A DNA stretch of 64,000 nucleotides from contig CAVOUW010000001.1 in NCBI GenBank assembly GCA_963699705.1, positions 141,572 through 205,571 on the forward strand. Direction: 5' to 3'. The notes beneath the pieces were generated by a model. The model was given only the letters and a program-made list of their open reading frames with translations. It was not told the DNA's origin and searched no databases. The DNA comes from an uncultured delta proteobacterium (GTDB lineage: Bacteria > Desulfobacterota > Binatia > Binatales > Binataceae). Positions 27,645-37,019 of this stretch are shown here, in pieces; positions within the stretch are counted from its first letter, which is position 1, and each line of letters opens with the position of its first letter. The translations under genes were made by a program, and so were the position numbers.

Positions 27645-30287
27645 ATGTCGCGATTCAGCCGCCTCGAATTCCTCGCGTCCCTACCGTTATGCGTACTGAG
27701 TGTTGCGATGATATTTCTCTCCTCGTGCGGTAACGACGGCAGTTCCGCAACGTCTGAGACCGCCGGCGCGTGCGCGCCGCTGCCACCCGCCGCCAATTCA
27801 GATTTCCTGGTTCATCTGACTCCCTTCATGAACCACCTTTGCTACCAGAAACAGAACTGGCAGCATGACGCGCAGGTGCGCACCAGCGACGGAGTTCATC
27901 CATACGTCAGGGTCTGGTACTCGCCGTTGCTGTTCGACTGGATCACCGTCAAGAACCGCACCGGGCCAGTGCCCGACGGCGCGATGGTCGTCAAGGAGCA
28001 GTTTCACAGCCCAACCGATCCGTTGGTCGAATGGACCGTGATGGTCAAAGATTCGAACCTGTCGTGGGACGGATGGTACTGGGCCGACCTGGTCAGTCCG
28101 ACACCGCGGAATCCGAATGCGGTTCCGACTCCGTCGCCGGGCAGTGGATGCGCCGAGCCGCAGGTCTTTTTCAACGGCGTTGGATTGTACTGCCTGAACT
28201 GTCATGCGTCGGCGATCGCCAATTCGGGAACCTATTCGAGTACTGCTTACCTGAATCCACCGAGCGTCGCCGCGCTCGCGGATGCCTCGGCGATGATCGA
28301 TGACATGCACAACGTTTCGTCGCGGCAGTCGGCGGAGATGTCCGCGGCCGAGCAAGCTCCGATGTTCGTCAATCGCGTACCGAATTCGGTTTTCAGCAAT
28401 CTTCGATCTTTGCCGTCCGCCTCGCCGCCGTGCATGGTCTCGCAAGCATTCGATCACGTGGTCCCGGCCGCGAAGTCGGCCGGCGGCCCCGAGGAGTTTC
28501 TCACCTCTGATCAATGCGCGAACTGTCACGATGCGACCGGGACGCTCGCCGGCTTCATCCCCAACATGATCTTCGGCGGGCAGAGTCCGACGCCCGCAAA
28601 CCTCTCGCAGTTCGGCGAATGGCGTTACTCGATGATGGGCCTGGCGGGACGCGACCCGATCTTCTTTGCCCAGCTCGAGACTGAGTCAACAGTGCATGGG
28701 CATTTGGCCGGCCACGCTGACGGCGCAGCTTTCGTTCAGGACTTCTGTCTTCGATGCCACGGCGTGATGGGTCAGCGTCAATTTCATATCGATAATGGCA
28801 ACGGGCCGAACACTTTGCTCACGCGCGCCGTGCTGCAGGATCCCAAATCCAAATACGGCGCACTCGCGCGCGACGGCGTCTCATGCGCGGTCTGCCATCA
28901 TATGACCGACGATAAACTTGCCGACCCGTCCACCGACACCGGCCTGTTCAAGGTTGGCCCCGCGAGCGAAGTTTACGGACCGTTCCCATCGGACACTGAT
29001 TCCACCGGCGCGAAGACCGGCGACAGCGTCATCCCGCTACCGATGCAGAACAGTATGGGCATCACGCCGATGGAAGGTTCCCAGGTCCAGAACGCCAGCC
29101 TGTGCGCGTCGTGCCACACGATCTTGTTGCCGGTGTTCGACGCCGACGGCAATCGGGTGATGGAAAACGGTGAGCCGAAATCCGAGTATGAGCAGACCAC
29201 TTTCTTCGAATGGCTGAATAGCGGCTTCATTACTATTCCGTGCCAGCAATGCCACATGCCCGACAGCTACCAGGGCAATCCGCTGCAATTCAAAATCGCG
29301 AATATCGAGGACGATACATTCCCCGCTGTGCCGGACCATGGACCATCGACGCGCCTGCCCGACGCCGATCTGATTATGGAAGCGCGCACTCCGTATCGGC
29401 GTCATCAACTGCTCGGGATCAACCTGTTCGCACTCGAGATGTTCGATCAGTTCCGCGCCGAGCTCGGGCTTTTCAAATTCGATCCGAACTTGCCCGGTCC
29501 TTTGGCCAAGCAGATCTTCAGCCAGAAGACCGCGGTCGCCGAAGCTGTGACGCAAGCCCAGACCGGCACCGCCAACGTCATGATTCTGTCGGCGACGAAA
29601 ATGAGCGGCGCGCTGCAGGCGGACGTCGAGGTGGATAATCTCGCGGGTCATAACTTTCCCTCTGGAGTGAGTTTTCGACGCGCGTTCTTGAACTTTCAGG
29701 TGCTCGACGCCGGTGGAAACGTGCTGTGGGCATCGGGCAATACCAACTCCGACGGCGTCATCGTCGACAACTCGGGCAATCCGCTAGCTACCGAATTCTT
29801 CAGCCCGGCTCAGCAGACCTATCAACCTCATTTCTGGACGGAGAATCCAATCACCAGCGACAACCAGGTCGCGATCTACGAAGAACTGGCGACCGATCCT
29901 GAAGGCCTGCTGACGACCAGCTTTTTAAGTCTCGACCACAAGGTCAAAGACAACCGCATTCAGCCTGTGGGAAGATCGTTCAACGGCCCCAACGCCGGCA
30001 TCACGGCTCCGGTAGGCACCGGCGCCGACCCCAGCTACAAAAACGGATGCGGCTGCAGCATGGTCCGCTACGAAATCCCGCTACCCACCAACGCCGTCGC
30101 AGTGAATGCGACGCTGTACTATCAAAGCATCCCGCCCTACTACCTACGCCAACGCTCCGAAGACGCCCACGGCCCCGACACCGCGCGCCTGATCACCTTC
30201 ACAAACCAACTAAACACCAGCCAGTACCCAGAAATCGCCAACTGGAAACTGAAAATCGCGACTTCAGGACCGGTGAATATCCGATAG
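27645..30287 (+). CDS. lipoprotein multihaem c-type cytochrome (at least 6 CxxCH)
   Basis: ~880 aa. It has a signal peptide with lipobox (MSRFSRLEFLASLPLCVLSVAMIFLSSCGN). The CxxCH motifs are CLNCH, CANCH, CLRCH, CAVCH, CASCH and CQQCH. Confidence 0.85.
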   Translation: MSRFSRLEFLASLPLCVLSVAMIFLSSCGNDGSSATSETAGACAPLPPAANSDFLVHLTPFMNHLCYQKQNWQHDAQVRTSDGVHPYVRVWYSPLLFDWITVKNRTGPVPDGAMVVKEQFHSPTDPLVEWTVMVKDSNLSWDGWYWADLVSPTPRNPNAVPTPSPGSGCAEPQVFFNGVGLYCLNCHASAIANSGTYSSTAYLNPPSVAALADASAMIDDMHNVSSRQSAEMSAAEQAPMFVNRVPNSVFSNLRSLPSASPPCMVSQAFDHVVPAAKSAGGPEEFLTSDQCANCHDATGTLAGFIPNMIFGGQSPTPANLSQFGEWRYSMMGLAGRDPIFFAQLETESTVHGHLAGHADGAAFVQDFCLRCHGVMGQRQFHIDNGNGPNTLLTRAVLQDPKSKYGALARDGVSCAVCHHMTDDKLADPSTDTGLFKVGPASEVYGPFPSDTDSTGAKTGDSVIPLPMQNSMGITPMEGSQVQNASLCASCHTILLPVFDADGNRVMENGEPKSEYEQTTFFEWLNSGFITIPCQQCHMPDSYQGNPLQFKIANIEDDTFPAVPDHGPSTRLPDADLIMEARTPYRRHQLLGINLFALEMFDQFRAELGLFKFDPNLPGPLAKQIFSQKTAVAEAVTQAQTGTANVMILSATKMSGALQADVEVDNLAGHNFPSGVSFRRAFLNFQVLDAGGNVLWASGNTNSDGVIVDNSGNPLATEFFSPAQQTYQPHFWTENPITSDNQVAIYEELATDPEGLLTTSFLSLDHKVKDNRIQPVGRSFNGPNAGITAPVGTGADPSYKNGCGCSMVRYEIPLPTNAVAVNATLYYQSIPPYYLRQRSEDAHGPDTARLITFTNQLNTSQYPEIANWKLKIATSGPVNIR

Positions 30288-30296
30288 TTTCGTAGT

Positions 30297-30515
30297 CTAG
30301 CTCTGCGGATCCTTCAGATGAGGGCGGGTCGCGTAGAAGTAATCCATGCCGGGGACGCCGCGCGGGGTTTCGTCGTCGAACAGGATTGAGACTACGCCGT
30401 AGAATGCGACGATGGTCCAGAAGGCGCCGGTGCCGATTGGAGGAATCGCTGCGGCCGTTGCGCTGAGTATCAGCGCCACGATCGAGTTTTGCAGTAGCCA
30501 GAGTTCATTCATCGG
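30297..30515 (-). CDS. small membrane protein (two predicted TM helices)
   Basis: MNELWLLQNSIVALILSATAAAIPPIGTGAFWTIVAFYGVVSILFDDETPRG.... A GGAG lies 9 nt upstream of the ATG. Confidence 0.55.
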   Translation of the reverse strand, partial: PMNELWLLQNSIVALILSATAAAIPPIGTGAFWTIVAFYGVVSILFDDETPRGVPGMDYFYATRPHLKDPQS

Positions 30516-30655
30516 TATCGCTCCAGATGAAGAACCGGTACCGGCTTCGCTTCCGCGAAGCTGTCCGGAGCCCAGCAGCCATGTCCTGCCGCTCGCGTTG
30601 CTCGCTTCGTCAGGATGACATGCGGCGCATGCATATCGCGAGGGGTGTCGTCTGA

Positions 30656-31441
30656 CTACTCTCCGGTCCAGTTTGGTTTTCGCTTTTGCGAGAATGCCAG
30701 CGGGCCCTCGACTGCGTCTTTCGATCTGAACAGCTTCGACTGCAAATCGTAATGCTTGGCAAGCGCTTCCTGGATCGGCAGCCCGAGGCCGGTCATCGCT
30801 GCCTCCTTGGAGGCTTGGACCGACAGCGGGGAGCATTCCATGATCTCACCGGCCCATTTTTCAGCCGTTGGGATCAGATCCTTCAACGGCACCACCTCGT
30901 TCGCGATTCCGTAGCGGAGCGCGTCGGCCGCTGTGATGTGTTTGCCCGTGAGCATCATGCCCATCGCGATCTTCAGCGGGATCTGGCGCGGCAGGCGATG
31001 TACGCCGCCCGCTGCGGCCATCAGGCCGACGCGCGGTTCCGGCAATCCGAAGCGCGCGTGCTCGGCAGCTATGATGATGTCGCATGAGAGCGCGATTTCG
31101 AATCCGCCGCCGAGCGCGAACCCGTTCACCGCCGCGATTATCGGCTTGTAGATGTCGTAGCGCGCGGTAATTCCGGCAAAGCCGCCCTTGCCGCGAATCG
31201 ACTTCTCCAGCTCGCCGCGATTCTCCGCGGTCCAGCGCAGATCGTTACCGGCCGAGAAGCCCTTGTCGCCCGCGCCGGTGACGATCGCGACCCAGGCAGA
31301 TTTGTCCGCGACGAAATCGTCCCACACGCTGTCCATCTCGACGTGACATGGCGGATGCAACGCGTTCATCCGCTCAGGCCGGTTGAAAGTGATGTAGGCG
31401 ATATGGTTGCGCTTCTCGTATTTGATGAATTTAAGGTCCAT
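30656..31441 (-). CDS. enoyl-CoA hydratase/isomerase family protein
   Basis: 261 aa. HIAYITFNRPERMNAL...AAVNGFALGGGFEIALSCDIIIA. Confidence 0.88.
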   Translation of the reverse strand: MDLKFIKYEKRNHIAYITFNRPERMNALHPPCHVEMDSVWDDFVADKSAWVAIVTGAGDKGFSAGNDLRWTAENRGELEKSIRGKGGFAGITARYDIYKPIIAAVNGFALGGGFEIALSCDIIIAAEHARFGLPEPRVGLMAAAGGVHRLPRQIPLKIAMGMMLTGKHITAADALRYGIANEVVPLKDLIPTAEKWAGEIMECSPLSVQASKEAAMTGLGLPIQEALAKHYDLQSKLFRSKDAVEGPLAFSQKRKPNWTGE

Positions 31442-31469
31442 GTTTTTCTCCGTGCTCCCTTGCTGTTTC

Positions 31470-31562
31470 TATCTCAGGAACCTAACCCCTAACCCCTTCC
31501 CGCGCGGGAAGGGGGACCGGATTAATGGTTACCCCTTCTCACCCGGGAAGGGGAACCGGATT
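31470..31562. repeat. module-A repeat (reverse) plus a second related hairpin
   Basis: GAACCTAACCCCTAACCCCTTCCC-gcgc-GGGAAGGGGGACCGG is followed by TTACCCCTTC-tcacccg-GGAAGGGGAACCGG. Confidence 0.85.
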
Positions 31563-31572
31563 ATTTAGTATT

Positions 31573-31806
31573 CTACTGCTCATCGAGGAGTTCGAAAAAT
31601 GCGTCGATGCTTTGCATCAACTGTCGCCGGATTTGTACTCGCGTGCCTTCTATCAGATGCATCGTGACGCGGCCGCTGGTGCCGTCGGCCAGGCTCACGC
31701 GCGCATCCTCGACGCCCGCGACGCTGCCCGGCTGGAAAATCCGCATCCCGTAAACCAGTGAGCCGCGCTGCGACCTCCCTTTCACTAGAGTCAGCTTACG
31801 CGCCAT
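31573..31806 (-). CDS. hypothetical small protein
   Basis: 77 aa: MARKLTLVKGRSQRGSLVYGMRIFQPGSVAGVEDARVSLADGTSGRVTMHLIEGTRVQIRRQLMQ.... It is beta-rich and OB-fold-like, and no family is recognised. Confidence 0.4.
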   Translation of the reverse strand: MARKLTLVKGRSQRGSLVYGMRIFQPGSVAGVEDARVSLADGTSGRVTMHLIEGTRVQIRRQLMQSIDAFFELLDEQ

Positions 31807-31893
31807 CGGGGTCTCCCTCGTTCATATTCGTTGGTCTATAGCATAACGTTGACAATCAGGGATGGCGCCCACAGAATCTCGCCGATGGATGGA

Positions 31894-32367
31894 ATGTCGA
31901 CAGTCACCCAGCTCTCGAAAAAACCTCGATTTCCCGGCCTTGTCCTGCTGGCGATAGCCTCGGCATCGCTGATCTTCGCCGGATGCGGCCTCGCTTACCA
32001 GGCTGGGACCCGAATCAAGGCGACGCGGATGTCGGATTCACTGCAGGTGGGGCAAACCTCGCCCCAAGTACACCATTCGTGGGGTGAACCGGATATCCGG
32101 ACCTATTTGCCGGGCGAGACCGAGGTCTGGAGCTACCCCTATAAGCCGAATAGTAACGATGTTACAGCCGCGCTGCTGTATACCTCGTCCAAGGACGGCG
32201 ACAAGGGGACCTTCCTCGATTTGAAGTTTGTGGAGGGTAAACTCGTCTCATGGCAGGAAGCCGAGCATACGCTGCCGCCGAAGGGGCATACCGGCATCGG
32301 TTTGGGGATAAACCAGGGGCCGATTGGGAACGGGACCCAGACGCAGCCTGGAGCGGTTCACTACTAG
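31894..32367 (+). CDS. lipoprotein with BamE/SmpA_OmlA-like domain
   Basis: It has a signal peptide with lipobox LIFAGCG, and a VGQTSPQVHHSWGEPD...EVWSYPY motif resembling SmpA/OmlA. The start is chosen among three in-frame Met codons. Confidence 0.65.
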   Translation: MSTVTQLSKKPRFPGLVLLAIASASLIFAGCGLAYQAGTRIKATRMSDSLQVGQTSPQVHHSWGEPDIRTYLPGETEVWSYPYKPNSNDVTAALLYTSSKDGDKGTFLDLKFVEGKLVSWQEAEHTLPPKGHTGIGLGINQGPIGNGTQTQPGAVHY

Positions 32368-32565
32368 CGCAGCGGGAGCTGCCAAGTGGGGGTGCCATGG
32401 GGAACGCATACTTGCAACGAGCCAGAATCATCGTGTCTAATTGAGCGCGGACATGGGGTATGGTGGTAAGTTCGGTGTGGTGGCATTGTCGTTGAAAATG
32501 ACTGCATATGAGTCGAATCAACGTCGCGTAGCGGCGGCGGCCAAGCTCGTCAGGAGACTTGCCTG

Positions 32566-34281
32566 ATGGCGACCGCGCGCAAGAGTTTCGAGGCAATTCT
32601 GCTCGACCGATCATGGGTCTCGGCCCAGGATCTTGACAAGGCGCGGCAGCGTAAAAAGCCCGGACAGGAATTGGCCGACGTGCTGGTCGAGATGGGTGCG
32701 CTGGAGCCCCAACGCCTCGCACGCGCACTCGCGCAGGAATATCGGCTGCCATTCCAGGCCCATATCGACGAAAACGCGCTCGATCCCAAGCTCGTTTCCA
32801 AGGTTCCGATCAACTACGCGAAGAAGAACCGCCTGCTGCCGCTCTCGAGCATCGACGGCACGGTGACTATTGCGATGGCCGATCCGGCCAACTTCGAGCC
32901 GCTCGACGATTTGCGAATCCTGTTCGGCGCGCAGATAAATGTGCTGATCGCGCCGGCCGAAGTAATCGCCGAGGCGATCAACCGCGCGTACGACCAGGCG
33001 TCGGCCACTTCAGCCGAGGATCTGATGATCGATCTGCAAGAAGAGCGGCTCGACGTGGTCGCCAACGAACTCGCATCGGAGCCGCTGGACTTGCTCGAGT
33101 CCGACGATTCGGCGCCGATCATCAAGCTCGTCAACGGCGTGCTGTCGCAGGCGGTCAAGGATCGCGCGTCGGACATCCACGTCGAAGTTTTCGAAAAAGA
33201 AATGGTGGTGCGCTTCCGCGTGGACGGCATGATGTACGACGTGCTGTCGCCGCCCAAGCGGTTTCAGCCCGCGATCACCTCGCGCGTCAAAGTTATGGCG
33301 GGCCTCAATATCGCCGAGAAGCGGCTGCCGCAGGACGGCAGAATCCGCCTGCGCATCGCCGGCCGCGATATCGACTTGCGCGTCTCGTCGATCCCGACCG
33401 CGTTCGGCGAGCGTATCGTGCTGCGACTGCTCGACCGCGCGCAGGCCGTGGAAGCCATCAACCTCGACCATCTCGGTTTTTCGGGAGACAATCTTCAGCG
33501 GCTCGATCGCTTAATCCGGCAGAGTCACGGGATCATCCTGGCGACCGGGCCGACCGGCTCGGGCAAATCGACGACGCTGTACGCGTGCCTGACCAGAATC
33601 AACTCGCCTGAAAAAAATATCATCACGATCGAAGATCCGATCGAGTACCAGTTGCGCGGCGTCGGCCAGATGCAAGTGAATCCGAAGATCGAGCTGACCT
33701 TCGCCAGCGGCCTTCGCTCGATACTGCGCCAGGATCCCGACGTGATCATGGTCGGCGAAATCCGCGACAGCGAAACCGCCGAAATCGCAATCCAGGCCGC
33801 GCTCACCGGCCATCTGGTATTCTCGACGCTCCACACTAACGACTCGTTCGGCGCGGTGACGCGCCTGGTCGATATGGGAATCGAGCCGTTCCTGGTTTCG
33901 TCGTCGATTCTCGCCGTGCTCGCACAGCGCCTGGTCCGCAAGCTCTGCGTCGATTGCCGCGAGCCTTACAAGGCCAGCGAAACCGAGCTCGCGCGAATCG
34001 GACTCAAGGGCGTCGATGCGGAGAACAAGATCTGCCGTCCCAAGGGATGCCGCAATTGCCGCAACACCGGCTATCGCGGCCGAATGGCGATCCAGGAACT
34101 GATGATCATGGACGACGAAATTCGCTCGCTCGTGATGCAGAACGCCGACGCCGCGACGCTGCGCCGCAAATGCACCAGCGTTGGGATGACGCTGCTGCGC
34201 CAGGACGGTGCGGCGCGCGTGTTGCGCGGCGAGACTTCGATCGAAGAGTTGCTGCGGGTCACGCAGGAAGACATCGACTAG
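32566..34281 (+). CDS. gspE: type II secretion system ATPase GspE
   Basis: 571 aa. It has the N1/N2 domains, Walker A GPTGSGKST, the Asp box and a tetra-Cys zinc motif (CVDC...CRNCRNTGYRGR). Confidence 0.9.
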   Translation: MATARKSFEAILLDRSWVSAQDLDKARQRKKPGQELADVLVEMGALEPQRLARALAQEYRLPFQAHIDENALDPKLVSKVPINYAKKNRLLPLSSIDGTVTIAMADPANFEPLDDLRILFGAQINVLIAPAEVIAEAINRAYDQASATSAEDLMIDLQEERLDVVANELASEPLDLLESDDSAPIIKLVNGVLSQAVKDRASDIHVEVFEKEMVVRFRVDGMMYDVLSPPKRFQPAITSRVKVMAGLNIAEKRLPQDGRIRLRIAGRDIDLRVSSIPTAFGERIVLRLLDRAQAVEAINLDHLGFSGDNLQRLDRLIRQSHGIILATGPTGSGKSTTLYACLTRINSPEKNIITIEDPIEYQLRGVGQMQVNPKIELTFASGLRSILRQDPDVIMVGEIRDSETAEIAIQAALTGHLVFSTLHTNDSFGAVTRLVDMGIEPFLVSSSILAVLAQRLVRKLCVDCREPYKASETELARIGLKGVDAENKICRPKGCRNCRNTGYRGRMAIQELMIMDDEIRSLVMQNADAATLRRKCTSVGMTLLRQDGAARVLRGETSIEELLRVTQEDID

Positions 34282-34305
34282 ATCCGCGTTTAAGTTTTTT
34301 CACCG

Positions 34306-35535
34306 ATGCCAGTATTTGCTTATCGAGGTCTTGGCGCCGACGGTCGCTCCGTCAACGGCGTAGTTGACGCCGACAGCGCGCGCACCGCACGCGGCAAGTT
34401 GCGCGCGTCGGGGATTTTTCCGACCGACCTCAACGAGGAGTCCAACGCCGCGCAACGCTCGGCCGCCAAGCGCGAGTGGCTGCCCTCGCTCTGGCGGCGC
34501 AAGATGCCGGCCTCGGATCTCGCGCTGCTGACGCGGCAGTTGAGCGCGTTGCTCGGCGCGGGCGTGCAGCTGGTCGATGCGCTCAGCGCGCTCGCCGATC
34601 AATCGTCGCGCGCCGCGACCAAGCGGATGCTCTCTCAAGTGCGCGAGCGCGTGCGCGAGGGCTCGTCGCTGGCCGACGCGCTGACCAATCATCGCGACGT
34701 CTTTTCAGACCTCTACATCGGGATGGTGCGTGCCGGCGAGCAGGCTGCCGCGCTCGAGGCCGTTCTTGATCGGCTGGCCGAGTACAGCGAGCGCCAGAAT
34801 GAATTCGTAACCAAGGTTCGCGGCGCGCTGACCTATCCGATCATCATGATGTGCGTCGGCACCGGAATCATGGCGTTCCTGGTGGCGTACGTGGTGCCGC
34901 AGGTCGCGACGATTTTCCAGCAGCAACATGCCGCCTTGCCCTTGGCGACGCGAATCCTGATCACCTTTTCCGGTCTCGTCACCGGCTACTGGATTCCGCT
35001 TGGCCTGCTGCTGGTCGGTATCGTCGCAGGATTCACCGCCGCGATGGCGACGCCGCGCGGCCGCCGCATCTACGACACCGCGATCCTGAAGGTGTATTAC
35101 ATCGGCCCGACCATGATTCGAATTATCTGCGCCCGCTTCGCACGGACGCTCGCAACTCTGCTCGCCAGCGGCGTCCAGTTGCTTCCCTCGCTCGACGCGG
35201 TCAAAGGCGTGGTGACCAACGGTCTGCTCAAGGACGCCGTCGAGCAGAGCCGCGAAAGTATCCGCGAGGGCCACGGCATGGCGCAGACGCTCGCGCGCAG
35301 CGGTCTTTTTCCGCCGCTGCTGATCGAGATGATCCGCGTTGGCGAGCGTTCCGGCGAACTTGAGCGGATGCTCGAGCGGGTCGCCGACAACTACGAGCGC
35401 GAAGTCTCGCACTCGCTCAGCCAGATGACCACCGTGCTCGAACCGGTGATGACGCTGGCGATGGCCGCTGTTATCGTGTTCATGATGCTTGCGGTGCTGA
35501 TGCCAATCTTCCAGCTCAACCAGTTGATGCAATGA
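34306..35535 (+). CDS. gspF: type II secretion system inner-membrane platform protein GspF
   Basis: 409 aa. Duplicated GspF domains are present (LLGAGVQLVDAL..., ...LLASGVQLLPSL...) with 3 TM segments. Confidence 0.9.
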   Translation: MPVFAYRGLGADGRSVNGVVDADSARTARGKLRASGIFPTDLNEESNAAQRSAAKREWLPSLWRRKMPASDLALLTRQLSALLGAGVQLVDALSALADQSSRAATKRMLSQVRERVREGSSLADALTNHRDVFSDLYIGMVRAGEQAAALEAVLDRLAEYSERQNEFVTKVRGALTYPIIMMCVGTGIMAFLVAYVVPQVATIFQQQHAALPLATRILITFSGLVTGYWIPLGLLLVGIVAGFTAAMATPRGRRIYDTAILKVYYIGPTMIRIICARFARTLATLLASGVQLLPSLDAVKGVVTNGLLKDAVEQSRESIREGHGMAQTLARSGLFPPLLIEMIRVGERSGELERMLERVADNYEREVSHSLSQMTTVLEPVMTLAMAAVIVFMMLAVLMPIFQLNQLMQ

Positions 35536-35573
35536 TGAATGAAAAAGTGAAAAATGCGCCGGAGGTAACTGCG

Positions 35574-36003
35574 ATGAAATCACGCCGATACAATCAGGAT
35601 GGTTTCACCCTGATTGAAATCATGGTGGTCATCCTCATCCTCGGCCTGCTCGCGACCATCGTCGTCCAGAGCCTTCGCGGCGCCGCCGACAAGGCCAAGA
35701 CGCACCAAGGCGCAGGCCGACATGGCCGAGCTCAAGACCGCACTCGATCGTTACTACCTCGACAACGGCTTCTACCCGACCACCGACCAGGGCTTGAGTT
35801 CGCTGGTTTCGCCGCCGAGCAGCGGACGCACGCCCGCCAACTACGAGGCTGGCGGTTACATCGAGCGCCTGCCGACGGATCCATGGGGCAATCAGTACTT
35901 CTACCAGAGCGATGGGAACTCCTACGCGCTGAAGTCGTTCGGCAAAGGCGGCACCGAAAGCCAGGACACTTCGGGCGTTATAGACGCCAGCCAATCGAAT
36001 TGA
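35574..36003 (+). pseudogene. gspG: major pseudopilin GspG, split by a +1 frameshift near 35700 (or an assembly indel)
   Basis: Frame 1 gives the prepilin N-terminus MKSRRYNQDGFTLIEIMVVILILGLLATIVVQSLRGAADKAKTHQ... and then becomes Arg-rich nonsense. Frame 2 (track ORF 35614..36003) gives ...KAQADMAELKTALDRYYLDNGFYPTTDQGLSSLV...GGYIERLPTDPWGNQYFYQS.... This matches the GspG body. Deleting one C in CACCAAGG rejoins them as ...ADKAKTHKAQADMAELK.... Confidence 0.8.
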
Positions 36004-36015
36004 CGGCGTTATGAA

Positions 36016-36612
36016 GTGGAGCCCGACTCAGCTTGCCCGTGCTCCATCGCGATCGCGCGCGAGCGGCGAGTCAATTTCGTGACATCCGTATCGCCCGGCT
36101 TCACGCTGCTCGAACTCGCGGTCGTGATTTTTATCATGGGCCTGATGCTGACCTTGGCGCTGCCGTATCTCGGTGGATTCCGCCAGGCGGCGCTGAAAAG
36201 CCAGGCGCGCCGGCTCGCGGGACGCGCGACTTACATGTACGACGAGGCTACCGGCCACAAACTCGTGCTGCGGCTCATCTTCGATATGGACAACAACGGC
36301 TACGCGGTCGCGCAACTCGATCCCTATGCGGTCAAGCCGGTGTTCGCGCCTGACAACAGCATGTCGGGACACCCGGTGATGTTGCCGGCGGCGATTCGGA
36401 TTCGCGACGTCACTGTCGAGGGCATCGGCACCGTCAATCGCGGCACTACCGCGACCACTTTTTATCCCGAGGGTTACGTCGATGCGACCGTGGTCCATCT
36501 CGAGGACGCATCCGGCGACGTGATGACGCTCGAAATTTCTCCGCTGACCGGCCAGGTGGCAATTATCAACGGCGACGTGATGCCCACGGGAATGCAGGTG
36601 ACCCCAAGGTGA
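36016..36612 (+). CDS. gspH: minor pseudopilin GspH
   Basis: It has the prepilin-type N-terminus GFTLLELAVVIFIMGLML. The real start is probably an internal GTG just before it. Confidence 0.75.
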   Translation: MEPDSACPCSIAIARERRVNFVTSVSPGFTLLELAVVIFIMGLMLTLALPYLGGFRQAALKSQARRLAGRATYMYDEATGHKLVLRLIFDMDNNGYAVAQLDPYAVKPVFAPDNSMSGHPVMLPAAIRIRDVTVEGIGTVNRGTTATTFYPEGYVDATVVHLEDASGDVMTLEISPLTGQVAIINGDVMPTGMQVTPR

Positions 36613-37019
36613 ATCTGCTTCGCCGCGCGCCAGGATTTACCCTGCTAGAAGTGATGGTCGCGATTGCGATCCTCGGGATCGCGCTGCTCGGCCTGCTCGG
36701 GCTGCATCATCAGAGCCTGCAATCGGTGATCCGCGCGCAGCAATCGACCCGCGCCTCGATGCTCGCGCAGGCCGTCATGACCGAAGCTGAGCTCGAGCGA
36801 TATCCGGATCTCGGCCGCAGTAGCGGCGATTTCGAATCTTCCTTCCCCCGCGAGTTCCCGGATTTCCGGTGGGAGCGCGAGGTGGCCGCATCTGGGATGT
36901 TTCCCGACGTGCGCAAGGTCAAGGTCGTGATTCGCTACGGTCCGAAGCTTTTGCAGAGCTTCTCGCTGGTCGAGTTCATGCACTCGCCGGTGCCGCCCGA
37001 TCCGAATGAGCTCCAATGA
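36609..37019 (+). CDS. gspI: minor pseudopilin GspI
   Basis: MNLLRRAPGFTLLEVMVAIAILGIALLGL. It is 136 aa and shares a 4-nt overlap with gspH. Confidence 0.8.
   Translation: MNLLRRAPGFTLLEVMVAIAILGIALLGLLGLHHQSLQSVIRAQQSTRASMLAQAVMTEAELERYPDLGRSSGDFESSFPREFPDFRWEREVAASGMFPDVRKVKVVIRYGPKLLQSFSLVEFMHSPVPPDPNELQ

Noticed and set aside
32368-32565. Sigma-54 (-24/-12) promoter upstream of gspE
   Set aside because: The GG..TTGC candidate at ~32395-32415 has the wrong GG-GC spacing by one nucleotide, so it is not called.
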